A DNA stretch of 11,401 bases from Methanobacterium sp. GTDB taxonomy: Archaea; Methanobacteriota; Methanobacteria; Methanobacteriales; Methanobacteriaceae. The translations under genes were made by a program, and so were the position numbers. The notes beneath the pieces were generated by a model that saw nothing but the letters and a program-made list of their open reading frames with translations, made no database searches and had not been told where the DNA came from. The stretch is taken from the NCBI GenBank assembly GCA_003166335.1, contig PMWA01000047.1, forward strand, positions 1,859 through 13,259, in the 5' to 3' direction. Each line of letters opens with the position of its first letter. The first letter of the stretch is position 1. Shown here piece after piece: positions 9,410 to 11,401 of this stretch.

Positions 9410-9766
9410 TTAATTCAAACTAATTTCTTTTAATTTAGTTATTTCGATTTCATGATTAACTTTAAGTTCATTTAATTGTTCTTTATAGGAGTTTTCCGCG
9501 CTTTCTAATTTTTGTTTTAATTCTTTAACTCTTTTAGCATAATTAGTATATAATTCTATTTTTTTTCTTAATTCTGATATTATATTAATATCGATCACTT
9601 CTGGGAAGTCAGAACATCGCAAAATAATTACTGTATCACCACAATTAAATCCATAAGCTTCATCTAATTTAACGTAATAATGTTCATTTTCTTTAATGTT
9701 TTGATTATCTTTCACCATATAACATTTTACCCCGGTTTTAGGGATTTTATCGCTCAAATCTTCCAT
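9410..9766 (-). CDS. Hypothetical protein: small beta-rich N-terminal domain plus C-terminal coiled coil
   Basis: 118 aa ORF in AT-rich DNA with a strong SD GGAGGT 7 nt upstream; K/E/L heptad pattern in the C-terminal half. Confidence 0.75.
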   Translation of the reverse strand: MEDLSDKIPKTGVKCYMVKDNQNIKENEHYYVKLDEAYGFNCGDTVIILRCSDFPEVIDINIISELRKKIELYTNYAKRVKELKQKLESAENSYKEQLNELKVNHEIEITKLKEISLN

Positions 9767-9988
9767 TAATATTACCTCCAGGTTTTAATATCAAATTGCG
9801 TAATAAATTCTCAAAATTAGTGAATATTGTAACTAAAAATTTTATTTAATAAATGATAGTAGAATATATAATTAAAAAAAGTTTTTCCCAAATTATTTTT
9901 ATTTTCAACCTAATATGGTAGACTTATAAGAAGTATATGCAATAAATCTATATTTGATATAAACGATTATTTTTCTGATTTAATTTCG

Positions 9989-10786
9989 TCATAAATTACT
10001 AACCCCTTCTGGCAAAACCATATTGTTTATCCAATTTCTTAGTACATTATTAAAGAGTTTTGGAGATTCTAAATTCCAAAGATGTCCTACTTTCAAAGCC
10101 ACCGCTCCTTCTGAATTTGGAAGAACATTCAATAAATCCTTGGCAAATTCTTTTAAGATTTTATAGTCTTTTTCTCCTACCATTACCAAAACGGGTAAAT
10201 CGGTATTTCTAAGACCATACGGCATTTTAAACAGCATATTTTCTTTGAGAATTCTTTTTAATGAATCTGATTTAATTATGCATGAGGATTCTTTGAACTC
10301 ATTAAAAAAACTTTTTGGCATGTTATAAGTTCTCATATTGGCCTTTATGAAAAAATCAGTGTTTTTCATAGGTTCATAAGCATTGATCAAATAATCAAGA
10401 AGTTTTAAAAATGTTTCAGTGTGAAATATGCTGCGAACAAGTGTTCCGCTGACTAACGCATGATCCACCACTTCAGGATTTGTAATTAGAATCTGGACGA
10501 TGATCTGAGCACCTAGAGAGAACCCTACCAAATGGGCTTTCCCACCGTGGGCCTTATTACGGATGATATCTATTATCGTGTCTGCAGTGCCTTTCATGGT
10601 GAATGGTCCCATTTCAGCACTTTGTCCGTGCTCTGGAAGATCTGGAACTATACAGTGATAATCTTTGAAGGATTCTACTTGTTTATCCCACATCCAACCA
10701 GCTAATCCACAACCATGGAGAAATATTATGGTTTCTTGATTCTCTTGACCTATTTCTTTTACATGTAAATTCATTAAACTAACCAT
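9989..10786 (-). CDS. Alpha/beta-fold hydrolase
   Basis: 265 aa. FLHG oxyanion region, PDLPEHG, nucleophile elbow GFSLG, acid in VGEKD and His in VGHLWN. The true start could be the second Met (10774). Confidence 0.93.
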   Translation of the reverse strand: MVSLMNLHVKEIGQENQETIIFLHGCGLAGWMWDKQVESFKDYHCIVPDLPEHGQSAEMGPFTMKGTADTIIDIIRNKAHGGKAHLVGFSLGAQIIVQILITNPEVVDHALVSGTLVRSIFHTETFLKLLDYLINAYEPMKNTDFFIKANMRTYNMPKSFFNEFKESSCIIKSDSLKRILKENMLFKMPYGLRNTDLPVLVMVGEKDYKILKEFAKDLLNVLPNSEGAVALKVGHLWNLESPKLFNNVLRNWINNMVLPEGVSNL

Positions 10787-11023
10787 TCAACAATATTTAT
10801 CTGATACTGGATGTAAATTTAAGCGTTAAAAATAATATCCATAATCATATTTTAACATTTTTGTTGACCTGAAATTGAAAATTTAATTTTTCTTCAATTA
10901 TATAAGTTTCGGAATTATTAAATACCAGAATATTCTTTTAAGATATAAAAATTGCTTAAAATTTGATTTTCTAATTAAATAAACATTCTGCTTATTTTCT
11001 AAGAATTTAATATTCTTTTTAAA

Positions 11024-11054
11024 CCTAAAAAGAGTTTTTAGGAAAATTATTATA
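11024..11054 (+). promoter_or_regulatory. Perfect inverted repeat abutting the putative afpA BRE/TATA
   Basis: CCTAAAAA-GAG-TTTTTAGG (11024-11042), then AAAA and TTATTATA (11047-11054). Confidence 0.45.
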
Positions 11055-11104
11055 GAACTAAATCCAATATTAATAATCAGTTATTATCAGGAGTATTCAA
11101 TATT

Positions 11105-11401
11105 ATGGAAAAAAGAAAAATTGTTGCATGGGGAATTACTGGTGCTGGTGATAAAATAGTAGAAACCTTGAAAGTGATGAAGAAAATAAATGCAGAATAC
11201 CAGGATCAAGTGGAGATAGAAGTTTACATCTCTAAAGCTGGGGATCAAGTTGTTAAGTATTATGGAATATCCAATGAACTAGAAAGTAATTTTGAGAATA
11301 TTTGGGTTGAAATAAACGCTAATTCGCCTTTTTTAGCTGGCCAAATACAATTAGGTAAATATGAATTCCTTTTAATAGCACCAACCACTTCTAACACGGT
11401 T
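11105..11401 (+). CDS. afpA: Archaeoflavoprotein AfpA (FMN-binding flavoprotein family); 3'-truncated, not in the ORF track
   Basis: Manual translation MEKRKIVAWGITGAGDKIVET...VYISKAGDQVVKYY...EINANSPFLAGQIQLGKYEFLLIAPTTSNTV runs off the window. WGITG, ANSPFLAG and APxTxNTV are AfpA-type motifs; AGGAG lies upstream. Confidence 0.88.
   Translation, partial: MEKRKIVAWGITGAGDKIVETLKVMKKINAEYQDQVEIEVYISKAGDQVVKYYGISNELESNFENIWVEINANSPFLAGQIQLGKYEFLLIAPTTSNTV

Overview
AT-rich archaeal DNA, most consistent with a hydrogenotrophic methanogen of the Methanobacteriales (Methanobacterium-like; inferred from ftr, afpA, the intron-containing tRNA-Trp and GGAGGT/GGTGAT ribosome-binding sites). Gene order: 5'-truncated K+ channel (TVGFGD filter, RCK/TrkA-N domain, three tandem 3H-like domains) -> <- ftr <- UPF0104/LPG-synthase-TM membrane protein <- metallophosphoesterase | 640-bp intergenic region with a box C/D-like element and repeats | SPFH/stomatin -> <- MBL-fold hydrolase <- tRNA-Trp(CCA) with a 70-nt box C/D intron <- DUF3221-like protein | MFS transporter -> <- orphan coiled-coil protein <- alpha/beta hydrolase | afpA -> (3'-truncated, absent from the ORF track). 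Best leads: (1) the K+ channel with a triple 3H (NiaR-type ligand-binding) sensor and a possible MthK-style internal start; (2) the tRNA-Trp intron, whose D guide fits C34 but whose D' guide is a perfect palindrome with no match to the expected U39 target; (3) a candidate free-standing C/D-motif RNA and a two-hairpin tRNA leader. No mobile element or CRISPR was seen. All family calls come from motif recognition by eye, not database searches.
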